Positions 30,304 to 40,700 of a stretch of 64,000 bases of DNA are shown piece by piece. Each line of letters begins with the position of its first letter. Position 1 is the stretch's first letter. Below the pieces are notes generated by a model. That model was not told where the DNA came from. It saw nothing but the letters and a program-made list of their open reading frames with translations, and ran no database searches. Origin of the DNA: Spirochaetia bacterium. Lineage in GTDB: Bacteria > Spirochaetota > Spirochaetia > UBA9216. The translations under genes and the position numbers were made by a program. The DNA lies in assembly GCA_963675665.1 (NCBI GenBank), contig OY776510.1, positions 4,128,001 to 4,192,000 on the forward strand. The letters run 5' to 3'.

Positions 30304-32496
30304 ATGAATTTTAAAAAATCTCTTTTTTTGATATTTTTGGGTATTTTCTCGATTTCCTGTATGTTGTATGCACAATCATCTGAAAGGATCGATTTAAACG
30401 TGAAATATAAATATCCGGCGGCGGTAAGCTTTGAATACAAAGGCATGTCGGCACTGGCTGAGTTAGGCACCGATTACGGCGGAGACTTTATTACGACAGA
30501 TTTGGCGCTGTCAGGATATATGCCTCTCAATTTCATGCCGGCGCTTCAGCCTTTTGCCAGAATAGGACTTATAGGACTGAATACCGTTGATTCCGCCTCT
30601 GCTGAAGATTCCGGCCTTGACCGTTTTAACAACAGCCAGTTTTACGCTGAACTTGGCGCGGCATATAAAAGCCTCATGACCAAACAGTTTGAACTCGGCG
30701 GACACCTCGGCCTGGGTTTGGCGCAAATAGCCTATGATGATATCCTGAGAGACGGCGTAACCTACGGCCAGCTCAATTTTCTGGCCGATTTGGGCGGCAC
30801 AATAGGAATAAACCTTTCATACAACCTTAACCTCAGCGCAACGCCTACCCTGCGCTTCACCAGGCATTTCGGAGATTCAATTGAGAGGTTCGACGGGTTC
30901 TCGTTCGGCTTTGCATTCAGCGGATCATACAGGTTCGGAGAGGACCCGGACGCTCCCCATGCGGAAATACGAAGTATAAAGGCTGAGACGATAGAGTTTC
31001 CTCCCATCTTTGCCCCGATGCAGAGTTACTATTCCAAAAATCCCGTAACAACAATAAGCCTTAAAAATATCGAAAAAATAGACATAACGGATGTGGAAGT
31101 TTCTTTCTTCCAGGCAGGCTTTATGGATACGCCCACCCAGGCCGGAACCTTTGATGTTGTAGAGGGCGGAGATACGATAAACGTTAAAATTTCGGCAATC
31201 TACAACCAGCAGGTTTTTACAACAGAGGGAATAACCCCGCTGACGGGCGAAATCATCGTTGATTACAAAAACAACGGGCGGATTGCCCATCAGAAATTCC
31301 CGGTTTCCTATGATCTTTACGACAAGGAATCTCTGACCTGGGACGACGACAACAAGGTCGCCGCCTTCATCACTCCTTCGGACAGCGCATTGCGTAATTA
31401 CTCAAGTTATATAAGGCAGACCTGCAAAGACTACACTATAGCCGGTTTCAGTCCCGAATTACAGACGGCAATGCAGATCTATTACGCCCTTGGGGCCCTC
31501 GGAGTGCTGTACCAGCGTGATCCGACTTCTCCTTTTGAAGCCGCACAGGAAAATCCGATGATTGTAGACGCCATCAGCCTTCCGCGAAACACCCTTACCC
31601 GATCAACAGGAGACTGCGACGATCTTACAGTCCTTTTCTGCAGCCTGCTTGAATCGGTAGGTATAGAAACAGCCTTTATAACCGTACCGGGCCATATCTA
31701 CGCAGCTTTTAAAACCTCAACACCGTCAAAAAGCTACAAGATGCTTCATCCCGACAAGAACATGACGCTTAATATCGACGGGGAATTGTGGGTTCCGGTT
31801 GAAATAACCCTAATCGGTGAAGCAGACTTTCTGACAGCCTGGAGGACCGGTATTGAAGAGTTTATTGTTCATGACGATAATCCCGAAGGACGGGCGCTTA
31901 ACCGCACCCGCAAAGCCCAGGAAATATATCGTCCTGTAGTACTGACGGAAAAAGACCTTGGCCTTCAGTATGGAGACAAGAGCAGAATAGTAAAGGATTT
32001 CAAAGCCGATCTTGATAAAACGGTTGCAATGATAATTGACGATTACGAAATTGATGCAAAAGAAAACGGCAGCAAGGGCAGTTACAACAGGCTCGGCATA
32101 ACATGCGCGCAGCTCGGCGAATACAACAAAGCTGAGCAGGCGTTCAATTCAGCCCTTTCGATGGACCGGAACTATGTTCCTCCCAAAATAAATCTGGGAA
32201 ATGTATACTTCATGAAGGGTGAATACCAGAACGCTTTGCGGCTGCTTCACGGGGCGGAGAATTCGATCAAGGAATCCGGAAAAACCACCTCTTCGTCATA
32301 TTCATCCATTCTGCTGTCCATATCAAAATGTTATTACGAACTCGAGAATTTTGACAAGGCAAATGAGTACATGAATACTCTTGCCGAGTTTGATCCGGAA
32401 GCCGCAGCGCAAAATTCATATTTATCATCAGGTGAGTCGGGCCAGCGCGCTTCCGACAGGTCATCAAGAAACAGTCTGATATTTGCAGAAGAATAA
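30304..32496 (+). CDS. Secreted multidomain protein: predicted OM beta-barrel, Ig-like domain, transglutaminase-like domain and TPRs
   Basis: Signal peptide; alternating amphipathic strands ending FAFSGSYRF; GDCDDL, PGHIY and WVPVE catalytic-type motifs; TPRs (YNRLGITCAQLGEYNKAEQAF). Confidence 0.75.
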   Translation: MNFKKSLFLIFLGIFSISCMLYAQSSERIDLNVKYKYPAAVSFEYKGMSALAELGTDYGGDFITTDLALSGYMPLNFMPALQPFARIGLIGLNTVDSASAEDSGLDRFNNSQFYAELGAAYKSLMTKQFELGGHLGLGLAQIAYDDILRDGVTYGQLNFLADLGGTIGINLSYNLNLSATPTLRFTRHFGDSIERFDGFSFGFAFSGSYRFGEDPDAPHAEIRSIKAETIEFPPIFAPMQSYYSKNPVTTISLKNIEKIDITDVEVSFFQAGFMDTPTQAGTFDVVEGGDTINVKISAIYNQQVFTTEGITPLTGEIIVDYKNNGRIAHQKFPVSYDLYDKESLTWDDDNKVAAFITPSDSALRNYSSYIRQTCKDYTIAGFSPELQTAMQIYYALGALGVLYQRDPTSPFEAAQENPMIVDAISLPRNTLTRSTGDCDDLTVLFCSLLESVGIETAFITVPGHIYAAFKTSTPSKSYKMLHPDKNMTLNIDGELWVPVEITLIGEADFLTAWRTGIEEFIVHDDNPEGRALNRTRKAQEIYRPVVLTEKDLGLQYGDKSRIVKDFKADLDKTVAMIIDDYEIDAKENGSKGSYNRLGITCAQLGEYNKAEQAFNSALSMDRNYVPPKINLGNVYFMKGEYQNALRLLHGAENSIKESGKTTSSSYSSILLSISKCYYELENFDKANEYMNTLAEFDPEAAAQNSYLSSGESGQRASDRSSRNSLIFAEE

Positions 32497-32510
32497 CGGG
32501 AGAATTAGTC

Positions 32511-35500
32511 ATGTTGAATATAAAATCGATAATTAAAAAGGTATCCTTAACGGCAGCAACAGCTGCGGCAGTTCTGACTCTCTCATCCTGCCCCGAACCG
32601 ATAACAGCACCGATGGTAGCTCTTGTTGAAGACACCATTCCGCCGACAATAAATATCAGCACTCCCCGCGGCGGCGACAACTATTATTCCAGCGTGACTG
32701 TAACAGGAATCATCAGCGACGATGTTCTCGCTGAAGGAGATGAATCGGGCCAGATTACAACTATATACTATGAAATAGCAAACGACGACTTCAGAAAAGG
32801 AAAGATCAATATCGGACTCGATGATACGGTAACCGCAGATGAAGACTTCGGAAACGGAACGGTTAGCTATGATCTCACAACAAGGGAATTTTCATTTACT
32901 TTTTCAACCATCAGCCCTACAAAACTGAGAGATTCTCTTTCCCTTTACGTCACAGCTGTTGATCGAAATAATAATGAATATACGGAAGAAATCGACCTTC
33001 TGGAAAATGATGGCCCCTGGGTTGAATACTATTATTATACAGCCAATGATTACCTAGTGCAGACTGACACACTTCCGGGTGAAGGCGTAGGCATCAAGGG
33101 AACAATAGCCGATTCTGAATATTCCACTGATACAGCCGATGAATTGGTATCAATCGCTTACGGCCGTGTCGGTTTGTCTTACGGAGCATCGCTTGACATT
33201 ACCGAGGGCTCTGCCGACTGGAACAGCACCAGCGGTTTATTCAGTGCATACGATACATATAACGATCAATTATTGAATTATGATCCCGAATCAAGAGAGT
33301 TCTGGACTTATACAACAGAAGTAGTAGAAGAAGGCACAACCTTTTATGTCAAGGTAACAGATAAATCCGGCCACACCACTGAGGTCCAGAAACTGCTTCC
33401 GCCTCCGGGATCTCTGAACCTGACGACAATTACATCCACTATTCCGTACTATTCATCTTCTGCAATACCTGCCGTCAGCATTCCTATAACAACAAGGGTT
33501 GTCGATCCCAACGACAATATGGTGGAAGATGATGAAGTGAGCAAAATTACATACAGTTTCAGATCCGATTACGGGGAAAGTGTTCCTTCGGAACCTGTCG
33601 AAGTATTCAATATATCTGATCCTGTTCATGCCAATCCTATTGATTTCTGGGATCCCGTGGGAGATAACTCAGATAACGGCCGTTTTAATTTTAATCTGGA
33701 CACATCCGTTCTCGCAGGTTTTAATTATCCGGTAAAACTCAGAGTAGTAGTTTACGACATCGATAACGATGATAACGGCAAAACCCTGGAATTGGAACGC
33801 GATGTTGCCGGCCCCACAATCTCCGTCACAGGTTTTACAACCACCGGCGGCAATTTAACGGGAGGCATAACATATCTTAATAAAACCGACACTGCGATCC
33901 TGACTTTTACCGTTGAAGACGGTCTTTCCGGTATAGCTGACGGCATCAACTCCATAGAATCAATTCTCATTAATGGACAATCTGTTGATACCGCTGATAT
34001 CTCAGCCGTAGGAGACGGTTCCTTTACCGCTGAATACGAATTATCTGATGCTGCTATTCCTGCTGTAGCAAATTTAACATACTCAATTTCTGCAAAAGAT
34101 AATCTGAATAACAATCGCACAACCAGCCCGTTTACAGACAGTAATAAACTTTATTATCCTGACATAACCGATATTACCGAATCTAACTTTACCTGGGCTT
34201 CATCTAATAGTCCTTCCTATTCAGGATGGGCGCGCGCAACCGATACTGTCACAGGCACGGTTACAAGCTCAAGAGTTCTTTCAACCTCAACTACAATTCA
34301 AATAGGTTCACTGACAGCTGTTCCGATTTCTTCCGGTACTCCGTATACTGCAACATCAGCCGCACTTTCGGGAGCGGGCTTCATAACAACCAGGGATGAT
34401 GTAAAATACACCGCATACATCGTTGATGCAGCGGGTAATACGTTCTCAATGACTGATATAGATACCGGAATAGACTATGACGGCTCTGTTCCTACAGCGC
34501 CGTCAGTCCCGACGTGGTCGTACGGCGACTTTATAAATATTTCGGAATACTCGGGAAGCTTAACCCTGACAACCGAATACTCGGGTTCCGGGGCGCTTTC
34601 GGGTGATACGATTGAACTTTACCTTAACAGCATAACGGCAACTCCCCTGGCAGAAGCCGATTATGAATCCGATTTCTCTACACCTGTCACTATTTCAGGA
34701 AGCGAATTGGGCAGTCACGGTTCAAAAACCATATTCGCAAGAATTGTTGATGCCGCAGGAAACGTCGGGGCAGTAAGTTCCGACCTGGAATTCTTTCTGG
34801 ACCTGGTACGGCCGGGCAACCCCGTCTCGATTTCATCGAACGCTGGGGATGATTATATCAACAAGGCGGAATACGACAGCACTACTAATATAGCTGTTAC
34901 GGTCGGCTACGGCTCATCCAACAGTGATGATGATATAAGACTGTCCTATAACGGCCATACGCAAACAGTTGGATATGACCCGGGGCTTTCGTCGACATTT
35001 TCCATTGCCGACCTTGAGCTTGTGACCGGTGACAACGACTTTTATGCATACACCGTTGACGAAGCCGGAAATGAATGCGCGACACCACAGGAACTGACCC
35101 TGATTCTGGACACTACCCCGCCCGCTACGCCAAGCGATATCGCAGCCCCGTCCGGCGGTGATTATATCAACGCTGCGGATCTTTCCGGTGATGATGTATA
35201 TATTACTGTCACATATAACAATGCCGGCGTTAACAAAGTAACGCTGGGTCTCGGTTCATATACCTATACCGAAATGGATGATACCGACGGAGAAACGGTT
35301 TTCACCGTGCCCAAGACGGACTTAGACACACCATCAAGCACTTTTACAGCCAAGACTACAGATATTGCCGGCAACGACAGTTCCGAAGCAACCATAACCC
35401 TGGACGTTGATGTTGACCCGCCGGGTGACCCGACTTCAATAACTACAGCATCAAACGAGGGTTATATAAATCTTTCAGACATTTCAGCCGGCAACGCACT

Positions 35501-37772
35501 AGTTACCGTTAATTATCCGCCGACGGACGTAAGCACAGTCAAGCTTGTTCTGGACACTCATACGTACACGGTAACCGACGATACGGACGGAAGCACCACC
35601 TTTGAAGTTCCCGAAGGCCACCTCACGGCTTCAAGTACTTTCGAGGCTTATACGGAGGACAGCGCCCAAAACAAGAGCACCTCGATTTATGAAACATTCA
35701 CAGTGGATACTGTTCTTCCGGGAGCTCCGTCAGATCTTTCAGCGCCATCCGGAGGAACTTACATTAACTCGGGCGATATTGACGGCGGGAATGTTATCAT
35801 CACCGTTACATATTCAACTACAGATGTAACGGAAGTCTCGCTGACGCTTGGAGGAGACACTTATACAAGCACAAGTATTACAGGCTCAACCGCCTTTACA
35901 ATACCGGAAGCAGACCTTTCCGGTTCCAACAATTTTACGGCAGCCACTGAAGATGAAGCCGGTAACATGAGTTCATTTCCTAAAACCCTGACACTGGACA
36001 CCACCCCGCCGGCAACCCCGACGGATATTGCAGCACCGTCAGGCGGAGACTACATTAACTCGGACGATATTGTCGGCGGAAATGTAATTATTACCGTTAC
36101 ATACCCCACAACCGGTGGCATAAGCAAGGTTTCGCTGACGCTTGGTACGGCTACTTCTACAAACATTACAGATCTTGACGGCTCAACAGATTTCACTATA
36201 TCCAGTGGAGACTTGTCAGGCAGCAATGCCTTCAGCGCAACTACTGAAGATGCCGCGGGTAATGAAAGCGCCGCTTTAGATGTTACGCTTACAAGAGACA
36301 CCACACCGCCTGTTGATCCTGTATCAATAGACTCCAGTGAAAGTGATGCTTATATCAACTCTGCCGAATATGCCGCAAATAATCTAATTATAACGGTTGA
36401 GTACAGCTCGTCAAACAGCGCTGATCAAATACGACTTGATTACAACAGCCAGTCTCAGACAGATAATTATCAATCCGGCAACTCATCCACCTTCTCCATT
36501 CCAAACACCCATTTGGTTTCAGGAGAAAACACCTTTACAGCATATACGGTTGATGCGGCAGGAAATGAATGCGCTATCCCGCAAAGCCTTGCCTTAACAC
36601 TCGATACTGTTCCGCCAGTCGCGCCGGAATCGATAGAAGCAAACGATGCAGACCTGTATATCAATCTAACTGAATACGGCGACTCAACCGATACTGAAAT
36701 TACAGTAAATTATGATAATGTAAACAGCAGCGACAGTATCAGGCTCTACCATAACGGCACGCCGCAAACCGTCGTCTATGATGCCAGCAAGAAATCAACT
36801 TTCACCTTTGCGGATGATACAGATCTTGTTATCGGAGATAACATTTTCAACGCTTACACAGTCGATACTGCCGGCAATGAAAGTACGGCAGTATCTTTAA
36901 CTGTTCATGTGGATATAACCGCGCCTTCTTTCTCTGATGCTGCCTATGGTGAACATGTCGACGAGTTTGAAATCGCACCTGCAATTACTGAAGAAGGTTC
37001 TGGTATCGAAACCTATATCTGGGCTGTAGCATCCTCTCCTGTGGGTTCAAGCTATTCTTTTACAGCCCCCGTTGACGGTTCCCTGGTTGTAGGCGCAGAC
37101 GGTGCGTATGCTGATCTTCTTCTCAGCGATACTATTGGTGGCTCCGATGACGGTGATTATACTGTCAGCCTGACAGTCGATGATGTAGCCGGGAATTCGG
37201 CAACCCATAATTTTACATTTAAATGGACAGGAGATGGTTCAGGAAGATCACTAACTTTAACTAAGCCTGTAAACTCAACAGGCACATCTTCCGGTTCAGA
37301 CAACTCCTCAGGCTCTTCAGGCAGCCGAATCAACACCTATGACTTCAGCAACAACACCGCTGAATCAGTCGATTCAGGGCAATATAACCTTCGCAATGTT
37401 TCTTCAACCTCAGTCGCCCGCAGAACGGGCAGTTACAGCGGAGGGTTATTCGGACGCACGGCGGCGGCAACAGTAAACGCGTCAGCAGAAAAACCTGTTG
37501 CAGAAACAGACAAAACAAAATCCTCGACTGTTGCTGAAAAACAACCCGCTGCCGACGAAGCCGTTCAGGAATCAATCCCGGACGTTTCGGCGCAATTGGC
37601 CCCGGTTGCGTCTTCCGCTGTCAAGGCCTTAGCTTCGGCAACCGGCAACAGCGCAGTCTCTGCTGCTTCGGAAATTCAACCCGAAAGGGAGAAGAACCGC
37701 AGCGCCATGCTGCTTCTGATTATTCCGGGAGCGGCCGCAGGAATTGTGATTTTCAGAAAGCGCAGACTCTGA
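32511..37772 (+). CDS. Giant Ig-like-repeat surface lipoprotein/adhesin with C-terminal TM and basic tail
   Basis: LSSC lipobox; many DxAGN Ig-like repeats; S/T/A-rich linker; ends AMLLLIIPGAAAGIVIFRKRRL. Confidence 0.85.
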   Translation: MLNIKSIIKKVSLTAATAAAVLTLSSCPEPITAPMVALVEDTIPPTINISTPRGGDNYYSSVTVTGIISDDVLAEGDESGQITTIYYEIANDDFRKGKINIGLDDTVTADEDFGNGTVSYDLTTREFSFTFSTISPTKLRDSLSLYVTAVDRNNNEYTEEIDLLENDGPWVEYYYYTANDYLVQTDTLPGEGVGIKGTIADSEYSTDTADELVSIAYGRVGLSYGASLDITEGSADWNSTSGLFSAYDTYNDQLLNYDPESREFWTYTTEVVEEGTTFYVKVTDKSGHTTEVQKLLPPPGSLNLTTITSTIPYYSSSAIPAVSIPITTRVVDPNDNMVEDDEVSKITYSFRSDYGESVPSEPVEVFNISDPVHANPIDFWDPVGDNSDNGRFNFNLDTSVLAGFNYPVKLRVVVYDIDNDDNGKTLELERDVAGPTISVTGFTTTGGNLTGGITYLNKTDTAILTFTVEDGLSGIADGINSIESILINGQSVDTADISAVGDGSFTAEYELSDAAIPAVANLTYSISAKDNLNNNRTTSPFTDSNKLYYPDITDITESNFTWASSNSPSYSGWARATDTVTGTVTSSRVLSTSTTIQIGSLTAVPISSGTPYTATSAALSGAGFITTRDDVKYTAYIVDAAGNTFSMTDIDTGIDYDGSVPTAPSVPTWSYGDFINISEYSGSLTLTTEYSGSGALSGDTIELYLNSITATPLAEADYESDFSTPVTISGSELGSHGSKTIFARIVDAAGNVGAVSSDLEFFLDLVRPGNPVSISSNAGDDYINKAEYDSTTNIAVTVGYGSSNSDDDIRLSYNGHTQTVGYDPGLSSTFSIADLELVTGDNDFYAYTVDEAGNECATPQELTLILDTTPPATPSDIAAPSGGDYINAADLSGDDVYITVTYNNAGVNKVTLGLGSYTYTEMDDTDGETVFTVPKTDLDTPSSTFTAKTTDIAGNDSSEATITLDVDVDPPGDPTSITTASNEGYINLSDISAGNALVTVNYPPTDVSTVKLVLDTHTYTVTDDTDGSTTFEVPEGHLTASSTFEAYTEDSAQNKSTSIYETFTVDTVLPGAPSDLSAPSGGTYINSGDIDGGNVIITVTYSTTDVTEVSLTLGGDTYTSTSITGSTAFTIPEADLSGSNNFTAATEDEAGNMSSFPKTLTLDTTPPATPTDIAAPSGGDYINSDDIVGGNVIITVTYPTTGGISKVSLTLGTATSTNITDLDGSTDFTISSGDLSGSNAFSATTEDAAGNESAALDVTLTRDTTPPVDPVSIDSSESDAYINSAEYAANNLIITVEYSSSNSADQIRLDYNSQSQTDNYQSGNSSTFSIPNTHLVSGENTFTAYTVDAAGNECAIPQSLALTLDTVPPVAPESIEANDADLYINLTEYGDSTDTEITVNYDNVNSSDSIRLYHNGTPQTVVYDASKKSTFTFADDTDLVIGDNIFNAYTVDTAGNESTAVSLTVHVDITAPSFSDAAYGEHVDEFEIAPAITEEGSGIETYIWAVASSPVGSSYSFTAPVDGSLVVGADGAYADLLLSDTIGGSDDGDYTVSLTVDDVAGNSATHNFTFKWTGDGSGRSLTLTKPVNSTGTSSGSDNSSGSSGSRINTYDFSNNTAESVDSGQYNLRNVSSTSVARRTGSYSGGLFGRTAAATVNASAEKPVAETDKTKSSTVAEKQPAADEAVQESIPDVSAQLAPVASSAVKALASATGNSAVSAASEIQPEREKNRSAMLLLIIPGAAAGIVIFRKRRL
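34479..36911 (+). repeat. Eight tandem ~100-aa (~300-bp) Ig-like repeats
   Basis: Each unit starts DxxPPxxP, contains (Y/F)INxx(E/D) and ends near a D(A/E/I/T)AGN-type motif. Confidence 0.85.
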
Positions 37773-37785
37773 TATACTGTTGCCA

Positions 37786-40700
37786 ATGAAGACAGTTAAA
37801 ACAGTTGCAGCGGTTCTAATAATTTGTTTGGCATATTCTTCCTGCGGTAAAAAGCAGGAAGAAGCCGGCTCCGAAACTTCTGCACAAAAATCAATTCCTG
37901 CAGTGGAGAGCCCTGCCGAACCTGTTGCTGAACCTGAAACGAATGCCGTTACCGAACCATGGCCGGAAGAAAACAATACGCAGCCTGAAACGTCTTCACC
38001 TTACACGCAGGAAGATCTGTCTGATGTCAAGGAACCCCCTGTCTACCCCCCTGCTGAAAAGCTCAGCAAGGCATCAACAAGTCGTGATAATACAGGTATA
38101 ACAACTCAGACGCCGGCCAGGACGCTAGGCGAATCGTTTCTGGCAGTTATGGTTGACAAGGAATCGGGTTTGGATCCTGTTGTTAAACCTCTGCATGAAC
38201 TTGTCATTGTACCGGAACAGGTTACTGTACCCGAACCTGTAACCGCATCCGCCGGAACCGGCGCCGCTTTGCCCGTGATTATTGAGACGGACAGTCCCGA
38301 GATAATGTTGGTCAACCCGGAATTCACCTCTTTTTACGAAGAACAGGTTGAGGTACGCGGATATTTTTCAGGATTCAGTAATATTGAATCTGCAGGATGG
38401 GAACTTGCCGGCACTGAACAGAAAGGAGAACTTCCGAAAATAAATAACGAATTCTTTAGTTTTACGATTGATACAACAGGCTTAACCGATACGCTGGCCG
38501 TCAGAATAAAAGCTGCAAGCTCTTCCGGCAACACGGCGGAAGCTTTAAGAATACTTCTGAACGACAACACCGGCCCCGGAATCAATATTACACAACCGGC
38601 AAACAACAGTCTTTTATCGGAAGCAGAATACATCAGGGGCAAAAGCGGAAAATCGTCTGAAATCCATGCCGAAATCATAGGAAGCAGCATTACATATCCT
38701 GTTTCACAGGGCCCGGACGGCAGTTTTACAATAGATACGGTTGATATGATAAACTCAAGCGGATTTTCCGGGGCTGATGATGAAGATATAATCGTTAAAC
38801 TCACTGCAGATGATTTCAACGGCAATTCTTCAACAGAGTTCCTGGCCCTGAAGCAAAAAAATCAAACAAATGCCATTATAATAAAATCTCCCGCCGACGC
38901 TGATTTTTTCGGCGACGAGATAACAGTATCAGGTACTGTAAATGGCATAAGCGGACTTGACTGGGATATTCCAGGCACAGGACTGTCCGGAACCGTCCCG
39001 CTCGCAGATCAGGCATTTGAGTTACCGCTCCGACTTTCAGGTCTGGGCGACAGAATGATATTAAGATTTTCGGGAAAAGTCTCCGGCGCTGCCGTATCAA
39101 CCACCATCAGACTGACAAACATGGGCAAAACGCCTGCTGTAGCTGTAGCCTCCCCGGTCTACGATCAGTTTTATAAAGACAGCGTCACCCTGAGCGGTGA
39201 CGTTGGCGGCAATGAAGGCGCGTCAATTGATTCCATTAAAAGTCTTTACTGGGGAATCCCGGGTACTGAAAATACAGGCAACCTGTTATTCTTCGATGTA
39301 GACGGAAAATTTAATCTGGACATCTATACCGGTAATTACAGCGGTGTTCTTCCTCTTGAGATTACAGTTGAAGATTACAACAGCAATATCAGCAGTCAAA
39401 TTTTAAAATTGCTGGACGGCAAAGCGCTGCCTTCAATAAAACTTGCAATGCCTTCCAGCGGATCGGAATACGGAGCTTTTATCGATATAGCCGGTAAAAT
39501 TTTTGACCCCTATTCCGGTACGCCTTACGGCGGAATCAGGGAAGCTTTATATGAAATAGTATCAACCGAGAATTACAAATCTGAACCGCTGAAGGGAGCA
39601 ATCGAATTATCTGACGACTACGGCTTTATCCTGCAGATTCCCGCAATTGAACTTGACGGAGATCAGCAGATTATATTAACGGCGACAGCTTCAAACGATA
39701 ATTTTTCTGAACAGATAATTCCGGTACGCAAGAGCGAATACGACATAACGAGTTTCAGCCTGTCGGCAGTTGACGGAACTATTACCGCCGACTGGAACCC
39801 TATACAGTCTGAATCGTCTTATACCCTCCAGCTGACTGACGACGGAAGCGAGCCGTCTGAAGGCAACCCGGTTTTATTTGAAAATGCCTATCCCCCATTC
39901 AGTATCAGCGGACTTGAAAACGGTAAACTCTACAAAGCCCGCATTCTCGCTGAAACAGTATATGGAACTCTATCTTCTTCTACCCAGTCGGCAATACCGG
40001 TGTCTCCGGCGACCTTTAGCCTGAGTGCATCCGGTGAATTCAAAAAAATTAAACTTGACTGGAAAGATCTGATCGGTTCTGATACTTTTACAATCTATCG
40101 TTCTGAAAATAAAAACACTGATTATCAATTGCTCAAAAGCAGCATATCAAAATCCGAGTATACCGATCGTGATATCATGTACGGAAAAAATTACTATTAT
40201 TATGTCACTCCGGATAACTATGAATATGCTAAAAGCGGAATTGCAGCTTCATCAATGCAGCAGGCGCCCAAAGAACGCCTTCAAATGCTTAACAGCATCT
40301 CCTCTTTTACGGCTTCCGATATTAACGTCACCGGTAGTTATGCTTATATCGCAGCCGGAAAAGACGGACTGAGAATTGTGGATCTTACGGACCCTGATGA
40401 TCTTTTTGTGACCGGCGCTGTAGAAGGAATTCAGGCCGACGCCGTCACAGTTCGCGGAGAATATGCTTATATAGCCGGCGGCGACAGCGGTCTCAATATT
40501 GTAAACATAAGCGATCCTGCTGTACCTTTCGTGGTCGGTAACAGAACAACAATTGAAGCCTCCGATATCTGTCTTAAGGACAATTATGCTTACATTGCCG
40601 ATAAAGCCAGCGGTATCAAGATAATTAATATTTCAGATTCAAAAAATCCATCCAGATCCGGGACTGTAAATGATGTTAATTCCTCGGTTGTCAGCGTCTC

